From assembly GCF_000011325.1 (NCBI RefSeq), contig NC_003450.3:2490001-2522000 (forward strand): DNA of 32,000 nt, given 5' to 3'. The translations under genes were made by a program, and so were the position numbers. The DNA comes from Corynebacterium glutamicum ATCC 13032. GTDB lineage: Bacteria; Actinomycetota; Actinomycetes; Mycobacteriales; Mycobacteriaceae. The first letter of the stretch is position 1. The number at the start of each line of letters is the position of its first letter. Below, piece by piece: positions 9,694 to 18,848 of the stretch. The notes under the pieces are model-generated. The model had not been told where the DNA came from and did not search any database. It saw only the letters and a program-made list of their open reading frames with translations.

Positions 9694-11673
9694 ATGGATA
9701 AATTTCATATCGAGGACGAAGGGACAACCCCGAACGCCGTGACAACATCAACCACAACCCGGGTGAAACATCCGGTAGACCAGGTGCCACCCGCACCCAA
9801 ACTTGCAGCCCTAGGGCTCCAACACGTTCTTGCTTTCTACGCAGGAGCCGTCATTGTTCCGCTGCTGATTGCACAGTCGCTGAACTTGGACACTGCGACC
9901 ACCATTCACCTGATTAACGCTGACTTGTTGACATGTGGCATCGCCACGTTGATTCAGTCTGTGGGCATTGGTCGCCACATTGGTGTGCGCCTACCGATCG
10001 TTCAAGGTGTCACCACTACTGCTGTTGCTCCCATCATCGCCATTGGTTTGGGCGTTACTGATGGTCAAGGTGGCGTTGCGTCGCTGCCTGCCATTTACGG
10101 TGCAGTCATTGTCTCCGGCATTTTCACGTTCTTTGCAGCGCCGGTGTTTGCGCGTTTCCTCAAGTTCTTCCCACCAGTTGTCACCGGTACTGTGCTGTTG
10201 GTTATGGGTGCTTCCCTGCTGTCGGTATCTGCAAATGACTTTGTGAACTACGCCGATGGGGTGCCTGCTGCCCGCGATCTTGCTTACGGTTTTGGCACCT
10301 TGGCGGTGATCATTTTGGCGCAGCGCTTCTTCCGTGGATTCATGGGCACCTTGGCTGTGTTGATCGGCCTGGTTGGTGGCACCGCAGTTGCTCTGATCTT
10401 GGGCGATGCCAACTTGGATGAGGTGGGAAATGCTGAAGCGTTCGACATCACCACTCCGTTTTATTTTGGTGTTCCAGAATTTAACGCTGTTGCCATTTTC
10501 TCCATGATTATCGTCATGATCATCACCATGGTGGAGACCACCGGTGATGTGTTTGCAACGGGGGAAATCGTCGGCAAGCGAACTCGCCGCAGTGATGTCA
10601 CCCGCGCACTGCGCGCTGACGGCCTGTCCACCCTGATGGGTGGCGTCATGAACTCCTTCCCGTACACGTGCTTCGCGCAAAACGTTGGCCTGGTGCGCAT
10701 CACGGGCGTGAAATCTCGCTGGGTTGCGGCAGCTGCTGCCGGCTTCATGATCATCCTCGGTGTGCTGCCCAAGGCTGGCGCGATCGTCGCTTCCATCCCT
10801 TCCCCAGTCCTCGGTGGCGCATCCTTGGCACTGTTCGCCAACGTTGCATGGGTGGGCATCCAGACCATCGCCAAGTCTGACCTCGCTGATAGCCGCAACT
10901 CCGTCATCGTGACCTCCGCACTTGGCCTAGCCATGCTGGTGTCCTTCCGCCCCGATGTTGCTCAGGCGTTCCCTGAGTGGGCGCGTATCTTCGTCTCCTC
11001 CGGCATGTCCGTCGGCGCGATCACCGCGATCCTGCTTAACCTGCTGTTCTTCCACGTCGGACGCCAATCCGGTGGACAAGTCGCTACCTCAAAATCCGGT
11101 GAGCGCATCAATTTGGATGCGGTCAACAAGATGGATCGCACCGACTTCGTAGAAACCTTCGCACCGCTGTTCAACAGCAAGACCTGGCCTTTGGAAACCG
11201 CATGGGAATCCCAGCCATTCGCCAACGTCACGGAACTGCGCGAAGCCATCCAAGTCGCTGTGCTCACCGCACCGTTGTCCGACCGCGAAGAGCTCATCCA
11301 CGACTACCCCGACATGGCACAGCTCATTTTGGCCACCGAAGAGGAAGCCGCCACCATCTCTCAAGACCGTGGTTCGATCGGTCTTGATGATCTCGATGAC
11401 GTGGATCAAGAAAAGCTCATCACCGTCACCGAGCAGTACCGCGAACGGTTCAACATGCCGTATGTTGCGTACTTCGACACCATGGATTCTGTGGATACCG
11501 TCGTAGCCGCCGGCTTGCGCCGCCTCGACAACTCCGACGAGCAGGAGCACCGCCAAGCGCTATCGGAAATCATTGAGATTGCCAATGACCGCTTCGATAT
11601 ATTGCTTGCCGACGCTAACCCAGCCCGTTCAGCTTTCGATCGCAAGTTTACCGAGACTGACTTCCTCGGCTAA
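9694..11673 (+). CDS. NCS2-family nucleobase (xanthine/uric acid-type) permease fused to a C-terminal OHCU-decarboxylase-like domain
   Basis: The N-terminal roughly 460 aa are a multi-TM NCS2 permease (LGLQHVLAFYAGAVIVPLL, many hydrophobic helices). The C-terminal roughly 188 aa (about 11107-11670) resemble OHCU decarboxylase: DFVETFAPLF, QPF, YPDMAQ, YRERFNMPYVAYF, EIIEIANDRF. The ORF opens at GTG 9664, and ATG 9694 (MDKFHIEDEG) is the alternative I chose. The start is uncertain. Confidence 0.75.
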   Translation: MDKFHIEDEGTTPNAVTTSTTTRVKHPVDQVPPAPKLAALGLQHVLAFYAGAVIVPLLIAQSLNLDTATTIHLINADLLTCGIATLIQSVGIGRHIGVRLPIVQGVTTTAVAPIIAIGLGVTDGQGGVASLPAIYGAVIVSGIFTFFAAPVFARFLKFFPPVVTGTVLLVMGASLLSVSANDFVNYADGVPAARDLAYGFGTLAVIILAQRFFRGFMGTLAVLIGLVGGTAVALILGDANLDEVGNAEAFDITTPFYFGVPEFNAVAIFSMIIVMIITMVETTGDVFATGEIVGKRTRRSDVTRALRADGLSTLMGGVMNSFPYTCFAQNVGLVRITGVKSRWVAAAAAGFMIILGVLPKAGAIVASIPSPVLGGASLALFANVAWVGIQTIAKSDLADSRNSVIVTSALGLAMLVSFRPDVAQAFPEWARIFVSSGMSVGAITAILLNLLFFHVGRQSGGQVATSKSGERINLDAVNKMDRTDFVETFAPLFNSKTWPLETAWESQPFANVTELREAIQVAVLTAPLSDREELIHDYPDMAQLILATEEEAATISQDRGSIGLDDLDDVDQEKLITVTEQYRERFNMPYVAYFDTMDSVDTVVAAGLRRLDNSDEQEHRQALSEIIEIANDRFDILLADANPARSAFDRKFTETDFLG

Positions 11674-11690
11674 AACACCAAAAACAAATT

Positions 11691-11723
11691 AAGGCCCTGC
11701 ACTTATGTGGAGTGCAGGGCCTT
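11691..11723. terminator. Bidirectional hairpin between convergent genes (permease fusion and aldo/keto reductase)
   Basis: Perfect 13-bp stem AAGGCCCTGCACT / AGTGCAGGGCCTT (11691-11703 and 11711-11723) with a 7-nt loop. A-rich sequence lies upstream and T-containing sequence downstream. Confidence 0.75.
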
Positions 11724-11732
11724 ACCTTATTT

Positions 11733-12716
<984 letters not shown>

Positions 12717-12721
12717 CTATC

Positions 12722-12727
12722 TACACT
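12722..12727 (+). promoter_or_regulatory. Candidate -10 hexamer (TACACT) 8 nt upstream of ATG 12736; possible leaderless transcript
   Basis: The sequence reads ctaTACACTgaattaccATG. It matches TAnnnT, and no SD-like purine run precedes the ATG. Confidence 0.25.
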
Positions 12728-12735
12728 GAATTACC

Positions 12736-13359
12736 ATGAGCTATGACTTTGTCCTCTTTGAAACCGATGGCGACCCAGGTAGCGCCCGTATTTCCAAAAC
12801 CCCACTGACCGAACGCATCGATTTCGCCACGCCATCTACAACCCCTGTGTTGGAATCTCTTTCGGCAGGGCTTGCCGAAACGGTGCCAGACACCGTCAAG
12901 CTTGAAGAAGACGCCATCCACTTATCCGGTGATCGTTGCCTTTACGTTGTGACCAACTACAACTCCGCCGAAGAAGCAGCCGAATGGCTCACCGCCATCG
13001 CTTTCGATTACGGACTGGGCCTTGCCGACATGAACGCGGACACCATCCTGCTTTTCGGCGATGAAGATTCCGACGCTGTCGTCCAAATCGATGACTGGTT
13101 CTCCCCCGCTTTCTCTGCGTACGGCCTTCCCCACCTCCTGGTGGAAGTCATGCGCCTGAAGGATTCCAAAACCCCTTATCTTCGAGTCACACTTGCTGCA
13201 GATGACTCGAAATTTATCCAAACCCTTTACGAAACCGACAACAAACAATGGTTGGTGGAAACCTCTTCCTCCACAGGCACGGACGAAACCCACGTGAAGA
13301 CCATTAATGATGTGCTGGAACGCATCGAGACATGGTTCAACCAGGAGACTGCTGTCTAA
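12736..13359 (+). CDS. Hypothetical acidic cytosolic protein with no domain I recognise
   Basis: 207-aa ORF, rich in D/E, with no TM segment or signal peptide. A 14-bp-stem hairpin lies downstream. The antisense ORF 12922-13293 is judged a shadow. Confidence 0.6.
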   Translation: MSYDFVLFETDGDPGSARISKTPLTERIDFATPSTTPVLESLSAGLAETVPDTVKLEEDAIHLSGDRCLYVVTNYNSAEEAAEWLTAIAFDYGLGLADMNADTILLFGDEDSDAVVQIDDWFSPAFSAYGLPHLLVEVMRLKDSKTPYLRVTLAADDSKFIQTLYETDNKQWLVETSSSTGTDETHVKTINDVLERIETWFNQETAV

Positions 13360-13389
13360 ACCTTTTGTCGTGTTCTGGGGTTAACCACC

Positions 13390-13434
13390 CTTCGGCCACC
13401 TGGGATGGTTTCAAGCCTTTCCAGGTGGCCGAAG
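13390..13434 (+). terminator. Hairpin downstream of the hypothetical gene
   Basis: Perfect 14-bp stem CTTCGGCCACCTGG / CCAGGTGGCCGAAG (13390-13403 and 13421-13434) with a 17-nt loop. There is no clear U-tract, so it could be a terminator or an RNA-stability element. Confidence 0.45.
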
Positions 13435-13536
13435 AACTAAAAGGGCATAATCACTGTATGGGTTAAGTAGAAAGTGTCATTTTCTGACTGCTCTGAACCC
13501 CAACAAACACTCAGCACCGTTATTTAAGGAGAAAAC

Positions 13537-13809
13537 ATGGCTTTAGGCGGCGCAGAACTGTTAATTCTTTTTATCCTGTTTATTCTGTTCATGGGCGGGA
13601 TCGCAGCGATTGTCATCGTTATCGTTAAGTTGACCCAGCGGTCTAACAGTCGTGGTGCCTCAACTACGTCCACAATTAACATTGATCCGAGTATTCATGC
13701 TGCATTGACAGAGATCGCAGCTAGGGACGGGGTACCGGCGTCTAGCGTGGTTAACGGTCTTCTGAACGATTACATCAATAAGCGCAGGTACTGGCCTCCT
13801 ACGCAATAA
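13537..13809 (+). CDS. Small single-pass membrane protein with a C-terminal ribbon-helix-helix (CopG/ParD-like) domain
   Basis: 90 aa with the strong SD AAGGAGaaaacATG. There is one TM helix (AELLILFILFILFMGGIAAIVIVIV), then a basic/Ser-Thr linker. The segment TINIDPSIHAALTEIAARDGVPASSVVNGLLNDYINK has the strand-helix-helix pattern of RHH proteins (compare ParD-type RLTIDVSPELHRRIK..). Confidence 0.65.
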   Translation: MALGGAELLILFILFILFMGGIAAIVIVIVKLTQRSNSRGASTTSTINIDPSIHAALTEIAARDGVPASSVVNGLLNDYINKRRYWPPTQ

Positions 13810-13899
13810 CACCCCATCTAAAAGGGGCTCTCTGGCAGATATGCTCTCCGGCAGAAGAGCCTCTTAATCCTTGTTGTACATTACACAGAGCCCCCAAAA

Positions 13900-13959
13900 G
13901 AACCCCAAAAACAAAAAACTGCCCCTCACCTTCCCAAAAGGAAAGCAAGGAGCAGTTTT
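13900..13959 (-). terminator. Rho-independent terminator of rplU-rpmA
   Basis: The minus strand after the rpmA stop reads AAAACTGCTCCT...AGGGGCAGTTTT, a 12-bp stem with 1 mismatch and an inner TTCC/GGAA pairing. It is followed by TTGTTTTTGGGG. Confidence 0.65.
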
Positions 13960-13981
13960 AAACTCGTTGAGTGAGTGTGAC

Positions 13982-14248
13982 TTAAGCGTCAACAGCCTCG
14001 GTCTCGACGATGTTCACCAAGCGACGGTTGCGCTTGGTGGAAAACTGGACAGCGCCAGTCTTCAGTGCGAAGAGAGTGTCGTCGCCACCGCGACCAACAT
14101 TCTCACCTGGGTGGAACTTGGTGCCGCGCTGACGAACAAGGATCTCGCCTGCGGAAACCTGCTGACCACCGAAACGCTTGACGCCAAGGCGCTTAGCCTC
14201 GGAATCACGACCGTTGCTGGAGCTAGATGCACCCTTCTTGTGTGCCAT
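13982..14248 (-). CDS. rpmA: 50S ribosomal protein L27
   Basis: 88 aa; [29 protein letters not shown] is canonical L27. Confidence 0.97.
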   Translation of the reverse strand: MAHKKGASSSSNGRDSEAKRLGVKRFGGQQVSAGEILVRQRGTKFHPGENVGRGGDDTLFALKTGAVQFSTKRNRRLVNIVETEAVDA

Positions 14249-14297
14249 GTGGTAATTCCCTCCTTCTAAAGGAAAAACTCATAGAAAGCCCGAGGGC

Positions 14298-14603
14298 TTA
14301 CTTGATTCCGGTTACCTTCAGAACGGTCAGGGGCTGACGGTGTCCCTGGCGCTTCTTGTATCCGGTCTTGTTCTTGTACTTCAGGATCTTGATCTTCGGG
14401 CCCTTGGTGTGCTCGACGATCTCGGTGTTGACGCTCACAGAAGCGAGCTTGTCAGCGGCGGTGGTTACATCGGCGCCATCGACGAGCAGAACCGGGGTGA
14501 GAGCCACGGATGCACCCGGCTCACCCTCGATCTTCTCGACCTTAACGAGGTCACCTTCGGCAACCTTGTACTGCTTTCCGCCGGTCTTGACGATCGCGTA
14601 CAT
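14298..14603 (-). CDS. rplU: 50S ribosomal protein L21
   Basis: 101 aa; [18 protein letters not shown] is canonical L21. Confidence 0.97.
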
Positions 14604-14795
14604 AGAGGGCTACCCCTTATCTGATTCTCGGCTCAGGTACTCGGATGATGAGTCCCTGATTGGACTTACGTTTTACAATTGCGTTTTAGACATGCGGAGC
14701 CAAAATGACCTCACGTCATTCACACATTCGCCGTGAAATGGGCAAATGGGCATTACTGACATTGCCTAAAACAGCGACTGTCCAAGGTTACCCCT

Positions 14796-14823
14796 AAAGG
14801 CGGCTTCAACACAAACCGCCCTT
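14796..14823 (-). terminator. Hairpin 5 nt downstream of the rne stop codon
   Basis: The minus strand reads AAGGGCGG-tttgtgttgaag-CCGCCTTT, an 8-bp stem including one G-U pair. The U-tract is weak, so this may be a partial terminator or a 3' stabiliser. Confidence 0.4.
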
Positions 14824-14828
14824 ATACC

Positions 14829-17800
14829 CTAGCTTCGTGGGCCTCGTCGGGTAGCCCGCCTACGGCGGCCTGGGTTGGTGGTGCTCGCCGCCTGAGGTTC
14901 CTTCTTCGGCGCCCGCGCATTGCTTGTCGACGCCACCTTCTTCTCCACCGGCGCCGCTGTCACGCGCACAGCACGACGACGCTTTCGGCGGTTGTCTGGC
15001 TGGTCGAATTCAACCTGAGGCTCTGCAACCTGTTCTGGTGCTGCTTCAGGTGCTATCTCAACGACGGTCTCAGGAGCTTCCACCAGTTGACGGCGCACTG
15101 CGCGGCGACGGTTCCTGGTCGATGGTGCAGAGGACGGCGCACCGGAACTGAGCTCACTTGGACGGTTACGGCGTGGAGCCTTCCGCGCAGGTGTCTTCAC
15201 TGGAGTCTCAGCAACCTCTTCAACTACAGGTGCGAAATCCTCTGGCTTTGGAGCATGATCCGAACGTGAATTGCCACGAGTCTTGCGGCGCCTGCGTGGG
15301 CTTGCCTCAAATTCGGCACGTGCCTTTTCATAATCAGCGGTTGGCTCAGCCACAGGTTCAGCAGCCTTCTCAACTACAGGTGCAATAGGCTCTGCCTCAA
15401 AGTCAGACACATACGACGATCCCGAAGGCTCATCAGGGTCTTCTTCAGAAGCAATGTCCACGGCAGCAGCTGCAATCGCGGCAATATCATCCGCAGCAGA
15501 TTCCTGACGTTGACGGCGGGCCCTCCTGCGTGGTCCTTCCTCTGGTTCCACGGTGGATTCAGCAAGAATGCGCTCAGGCTCGTCGAGCTTGTCGTTGACC
15601 ACATCATCTAGATCGGAGTCATCGAGGACGATCACTGATGCAGCGAGTTCCTCAAATTCTTGATCCAGATCGTGTTCATCGCTTTCCACGAGATCACGCA
15701 TGGCAACAACCATCGGGTGCTCCGCAGCTGCCTTGTTAGTGCTATTGGAACGCTGGTGACGACGGCTACGCTCTTCCGCTTTCGCCTCAACGCGCTCGTC
15801 AACGGTGTCTACTGGATCAACATGAACGATGATGCCTCGGCCTTCACAGTGCTCACACGGTGAAGAGAAGGTTTCCAGCAGGCCCGCGCCGATGCGTTTG
15901 CGGGTCATCTGAACAAGTCCCAGTGAGGTTACCTCAGAGACTTGGTGGCGGGTGCGATCGTTTTCTAGCGCTTCATTGAGTCGGCGCAGGACCAATTCTT
16001 GGTTTTCTGGCAGCACCATATCGATGAAGTCGACAACGATCATGCCACCGAGATCCCGCAGGCGCATTTGGCGCACGATTTCTTCGGCAGCTTCAATGTT
16101 GTTGAGCGTGACGGTTTCTTCCAAGTTGCCACCACCCTTGCCGGTGTAGCGTCCGGTGTTCACATCGATCACCGTCATGGCTTCGGTGCGGTCGATGATC
16201 AGCGATCCACCCGATGGCAGGTTCACCTTTCGGGACAGCGCTTCCTCAAGCTGGGTGTTCAGGTCGAATGCTTCGAAAGCATCCTTGCCGTCAAAGTCTG
16301 CGCGATTGAAGTGTTCCACGCGGGACACCAAATCAGGAGCGACTGATTGGATGTAGGCACGCACGGTGTTCCAGGCACGGTCGCCGTCAACGATCAGTGA
16401 GGTGAAATCTTCATTGAAGAGGTCACGGATCACCTTCACCAGCATGTCTGGCTCTTCATACATGGTGATCGGCTTAGAACCGCGGGACTTCTTTTCCTCC
16501 GCAGTGCGTTCCTTGATCTGCTCCCACAGGGTGTGCAGACGGTTCACGTCAGCTGCGATGTTTTCTTCCGACACACCTTCAGCAGCAGTTCGGATGATGG
16601 TTCCACCCTGCGCTGGGACAACGCGGCCAAGGATTTCCTTCAGACGCTTGCGCTCAGGTCCAGGCAGTTTGCGGGAAATGCCAGCGCTGCGACCACCTGG
16701 AACGTACACCAGGTAACGTCCCGCCAGGGAAATTTGGGTGGTCAAACGCGCACCCTTATGGCCCAATGGATCCTTGGAGACCTGGACGAGAACCTGGTCG
16801 CCGGCTTTCAGCGCCTGCTCAATGCGACGTCCACGTCCGCCAAGTCCAGCAGCTTTCCAGTCGACTTCGCCGGCATACAACACACCGTTGCGACCTTTTC
16901 CAATGTCAATGAAGGCAGCTTCCATGCTTGGCAGCACATTTTGAACGCGCCCCAGATAAATATTGCCCACCATAGACATCTGCGCATCAGAGGTAACAAA
17001 CTGCTCAACCAGCTGATCGTCTTCCAGCACACCAACCTGAGTGACCAGACCTGGGTGATCGTGGCGTTGGCGCTCGCGCACAATCATGCGACGTTCCATC
17101 GATTCACGGCGTTCCATGAACTCCTGGGTGCTGACCACATGGCGGCGTTTTTTGTTTTCTTCGCGCATTTCCGTGCGACGGCGGCGTTGCGCCTCCAAGC
17201 GAGTGGAGCCCTTAATTCCGATTGGCTCGTTTACCTCTTCTACTTCGCTTGTCGACGCCTCCTCACTCACTTCGGTGACGGTTTCAGCTTCAGCTCCACG
17301 TCCGCGGCCGGTGCCACGACGCCCACGGCGCTTCCGCGCCGTGCGTTCGCGGACCTGTTCATCGTCGGTGTCTTGGACGTTTTCAGTAGGTACAACTGCA
17401 GGTGCCACAAAGATCGGCGTGTACACAGATGCTTCCACCGGCGCCGGGGTGATCTCTGGGACGATATCTTCCAGCAGTTCTGCAGTGGCTTCTTCGCGGG
17501 CTGCCGCCTCGAAGTCAGTAGGTTGCGCGACTGCCGCGAGTTCGCGCTCTACTTTTTCTTCGATTTGGTGGATTTCATTTTCCACATTCTTCTCAACGCG
17601 TCGACGAATCTTCTCCACCGGTTCAACGTCGGGGACGGCAGCTGGGGCAGCGTTGAGTACGGGCTGAGACAGGGCGTCGAGAAGCTTTTCTACTTCTTCT
17701 TTGCTCAGGTTTGACTGCGCAACCTTGACCAGGCCGATGCCATCGAGCGCAACAACGACGTCCTTGGAAACCATTCCAAGTCGTTTGGCCAGTTGATGTA

Positions 17801-17894
17801 CGCGGGTTTTTTCGCTCAATGAATCTCGATCAAATTCCGCGGCCAGCACAGCCGAGGGAGAGATTTCTGCTTCTACTGCCTTGTTATTTGGCAC
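14829..17894 (-). CDS. rne: Ribonuclease E/G
   Basis: 1021 aa. The central catalytic core has an S1 domain (GNIYLGRVQNVLPSMEAAFIDIGKGRNGVLY), Mg-site aspartates (VIDVNTGRY, IVVDFIDM) and a Zn-link CEHCEGRG. Arg/Glu/Pro-rich low-complexity segments flank it on both sides. The GTG start has SD AGGAG 7 nt upstream. Confidence 0.95.
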   Translation of the reverse strand: MPNNKAVEAEISPSAVLAAEFDRDSLSEKTRVHQLAKRLGMVSKDVVVALDGIGLVKVAQSNLSKEEVEKLLDALSQPVLNAAPAAVPDVEPVEKIRRRVEKNVENEIHQIEEKVERELAAVAQPTDFEAAAREEATAELLEDIVPEITPAPVEASVYTPIFVAPAVVPTENVQDTDDEQVRERTARKRRGRRGTGRGRGAEAETVTEVSEEASTSEVEEVNEPIGIKGSTRLEAQRRRRTEMREENKKRRHVVSTQEFMERRESMERRMIVRERQRHDHPGLVTQVGVLEDDQLVEQFVTSDAQMSMVGNIYLGRVQNVLPSMEAAFIDIGKGRNGVLYAGEVDWKAAGLGGRGRRIEQALKAGDQVLVQVSKDPLGHKGARLTTQISLAGRYLVYVPGGRSAGISRKLPGPERKRLKEILGRVVPAQGGTIIRTAAEGVSEENIAADVNRLHTLWEQIKERTAEEKKSRGSKPITMYEEPDMLVKVIRDLFNEDFTSLIVDGDRAWNTVRAYIQSVAPDLVSRVEHFNRADFDGKDAFEAFDLNTQLEEALSRKVNLPSGGSLIIDRTEAMTVIDVNTGRYTGKGGGNLEETVTLNNIEAAEEIVRQMRLRDLGGMIVVDFIDMVLPENQELVLRRLNEALENDRTRHQVSEVTSLGLVQMTRKRIGAGLLETFSSPCEHCEGRGIIVHVDPVDTVDERVEAKAEERSRRHQRSNSTNKAAAEHPMVVAMRDLVESDEHDLDQEFEELAASVIVLDDSDLDDVVNDKLDEPERILAESTVEPEEGPRRRARRQRQESAADDIAAIAAAAVDIASEEDPDEPSGSSYVSDFEAEPIAPVVEKAAEPVAEPTADYEKARAEFEASPRRRRKTRGNSRSDHAPKPEDFAPVVEEVAETPVKTPARKAPRRNRPSELSSGAPSSAPSTRNRRRAVRRQLVEAPETVVEIAPEAAPEQVAEPQVEFDQPDNRRKRRRAVRVTAAPVEKKVASTSNARAPKKEPQAASTTNPGRRRRATRRGPRS

Positions 17895-18094
17895 AGCGAC
17901 ACTCCTATTTTCTTATCTCCACGATTGAGCAATGCACCCGGGCGCTGGTAGGGACAAGATCTCCTACCGCCGCCGCGCAGGTACATGCGCCAATCTAAAA
18001 CTGTATGGTCTAAATTTTCCGACCCGCAAATATATTCGCCAGGCCTGCTGCCATTCTTCCATAAGTCTTAGGTCAAGCTTGCATTTATTGGCTA

Positions 18095-18844
18095 GTGTCG
18101 GAAATCATGGGAGATTTAGCAAAGCACATGGGCAGTGAACCACCAGCATGGTGGAAGTTTTTACCGATGATTGTCCTCGCTGGAGCCACTCGAGTTACCT
18201 ATGAAGTAGAACCTTGGCTGGCGATCCCATTATTCATTTTGGCTTTTGCATCGATATTGATCCCATTCCCGATCTCTAAGACAAAAGGACTCCGTGATAT
18301 CGATGCCTGGAAAATCCACACCACGCAAGGCGATAAAAAGCGTGCCATCCGCCAACTGATCATTCCGGCTACGGCTTTGGCCATCGACATCATTGGGCTG
18401 CCGACATTATTTAATGCCCCTCCCCTTGCTTCCGCTGCACTTTTTGGCGGTGTTTACGGCGCTTCCCTAGCTTGGGCTGCGTACAGAGCTGATCAGCTTC
18501 CACGCATTCGAACGAAGGAACGCCTCGCAGAACTTTCACAAAATGCATCTCTGGATGATGTGCGCTCAGATGACTTAGATGTTCTAGAGCAGCCGGAATC
18601 CCGTGAATTAGTGCGCTGTCTGCTTGCCCACGGTGCGATGGATGGCACTCGGGTGATGGCCAGACAGGTCGCGCGAGTACTGGATACCGAGGTAGACGAA
18701 GTACATCAGGTAGCACGCTCACTAGAACAGCATGGTTTGGTTAGTCGCTCCACCATCATGCCGGGTGGGGATCCAGGAAAAGTATTCATCGAAGTTTCCC
18801 TGAAAGGGATCTCAGCCATCAAGGCACTTGAATCCGGACGCTAA
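18095..18844 (+). CDS. Integral membrane protein (about 4 TM helices) with a C-terminal winged-helix (MarR/ArsR-like) domain
   Basis: 249 aa. Hydrophobic helices include FLPMIVLAGA.., WLAIPLFILAFASILIPFPI, LIIPATALAIDIIGLPTLF and ASAALFGGVYGASLAWAAY. The C-terminus ELVRCLLAHGAMDGTRVMARQVARVLDTEVDEVHQVARSLEQHGLVSRSTIMPGGDPGKVFIEVS fits a helix-turn-helix plus beta-wing pattern. The start is GTG 18095 or ATG 18107. Confidence 0.6.
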   Translation: MSEIMGDLAKHMGSEPPAWWKFLPMIVLAGATRVTYEVEPWLAIPLFILAFASILIPFPISKTKGLRDIDAWKIHTTQGDKKRAIRQLIIPATALAIDIIGLPTLFNAPPLASAALFGGVYGASLAWAAYRADQLPRIRTKERLAELSQNASLDDVRSDDLDVLEQPESRELVRCLLAHGAMDGTRVMARQVARVLDTEVDEVHQVARSLEQHGLVSRSTIMPGGDPGKVFIEVSLKGISAIKALESGR

Positions 18845-18848
18845 GTTG

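Noticed and set aside
13826-13876. Terminator hairpin for the TM-RHH gene (GGCTCT...AGAGCC followed by T-rich sequence)
   Set aside because: Only 6 bp pair cleanly. The inner segments are direct repeats rather than inverted ones (CTGGCAGA / CCGGCAGA), which is too weak to annotate as a feature.
13886-13935. C-rich runs (CCCCC, CCCC, CCCCT) on the plus strand resembling the loops of the actinobacterial 6C RNA
   Set aside because: The runs are adequately explained as the complement of the G/U-rich tail and stem of the rpmA terminator on the minus strand. I could not build the two-hairpin 6C structure around them.
16533-17714. 393-aa plus-strand ORF (and several others) antisense to rne
   Set aside because: It is a shadow of the rne coding frame. 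The repetitive Arg-rich coding on the sense strand produces long stop-free antisense frames.
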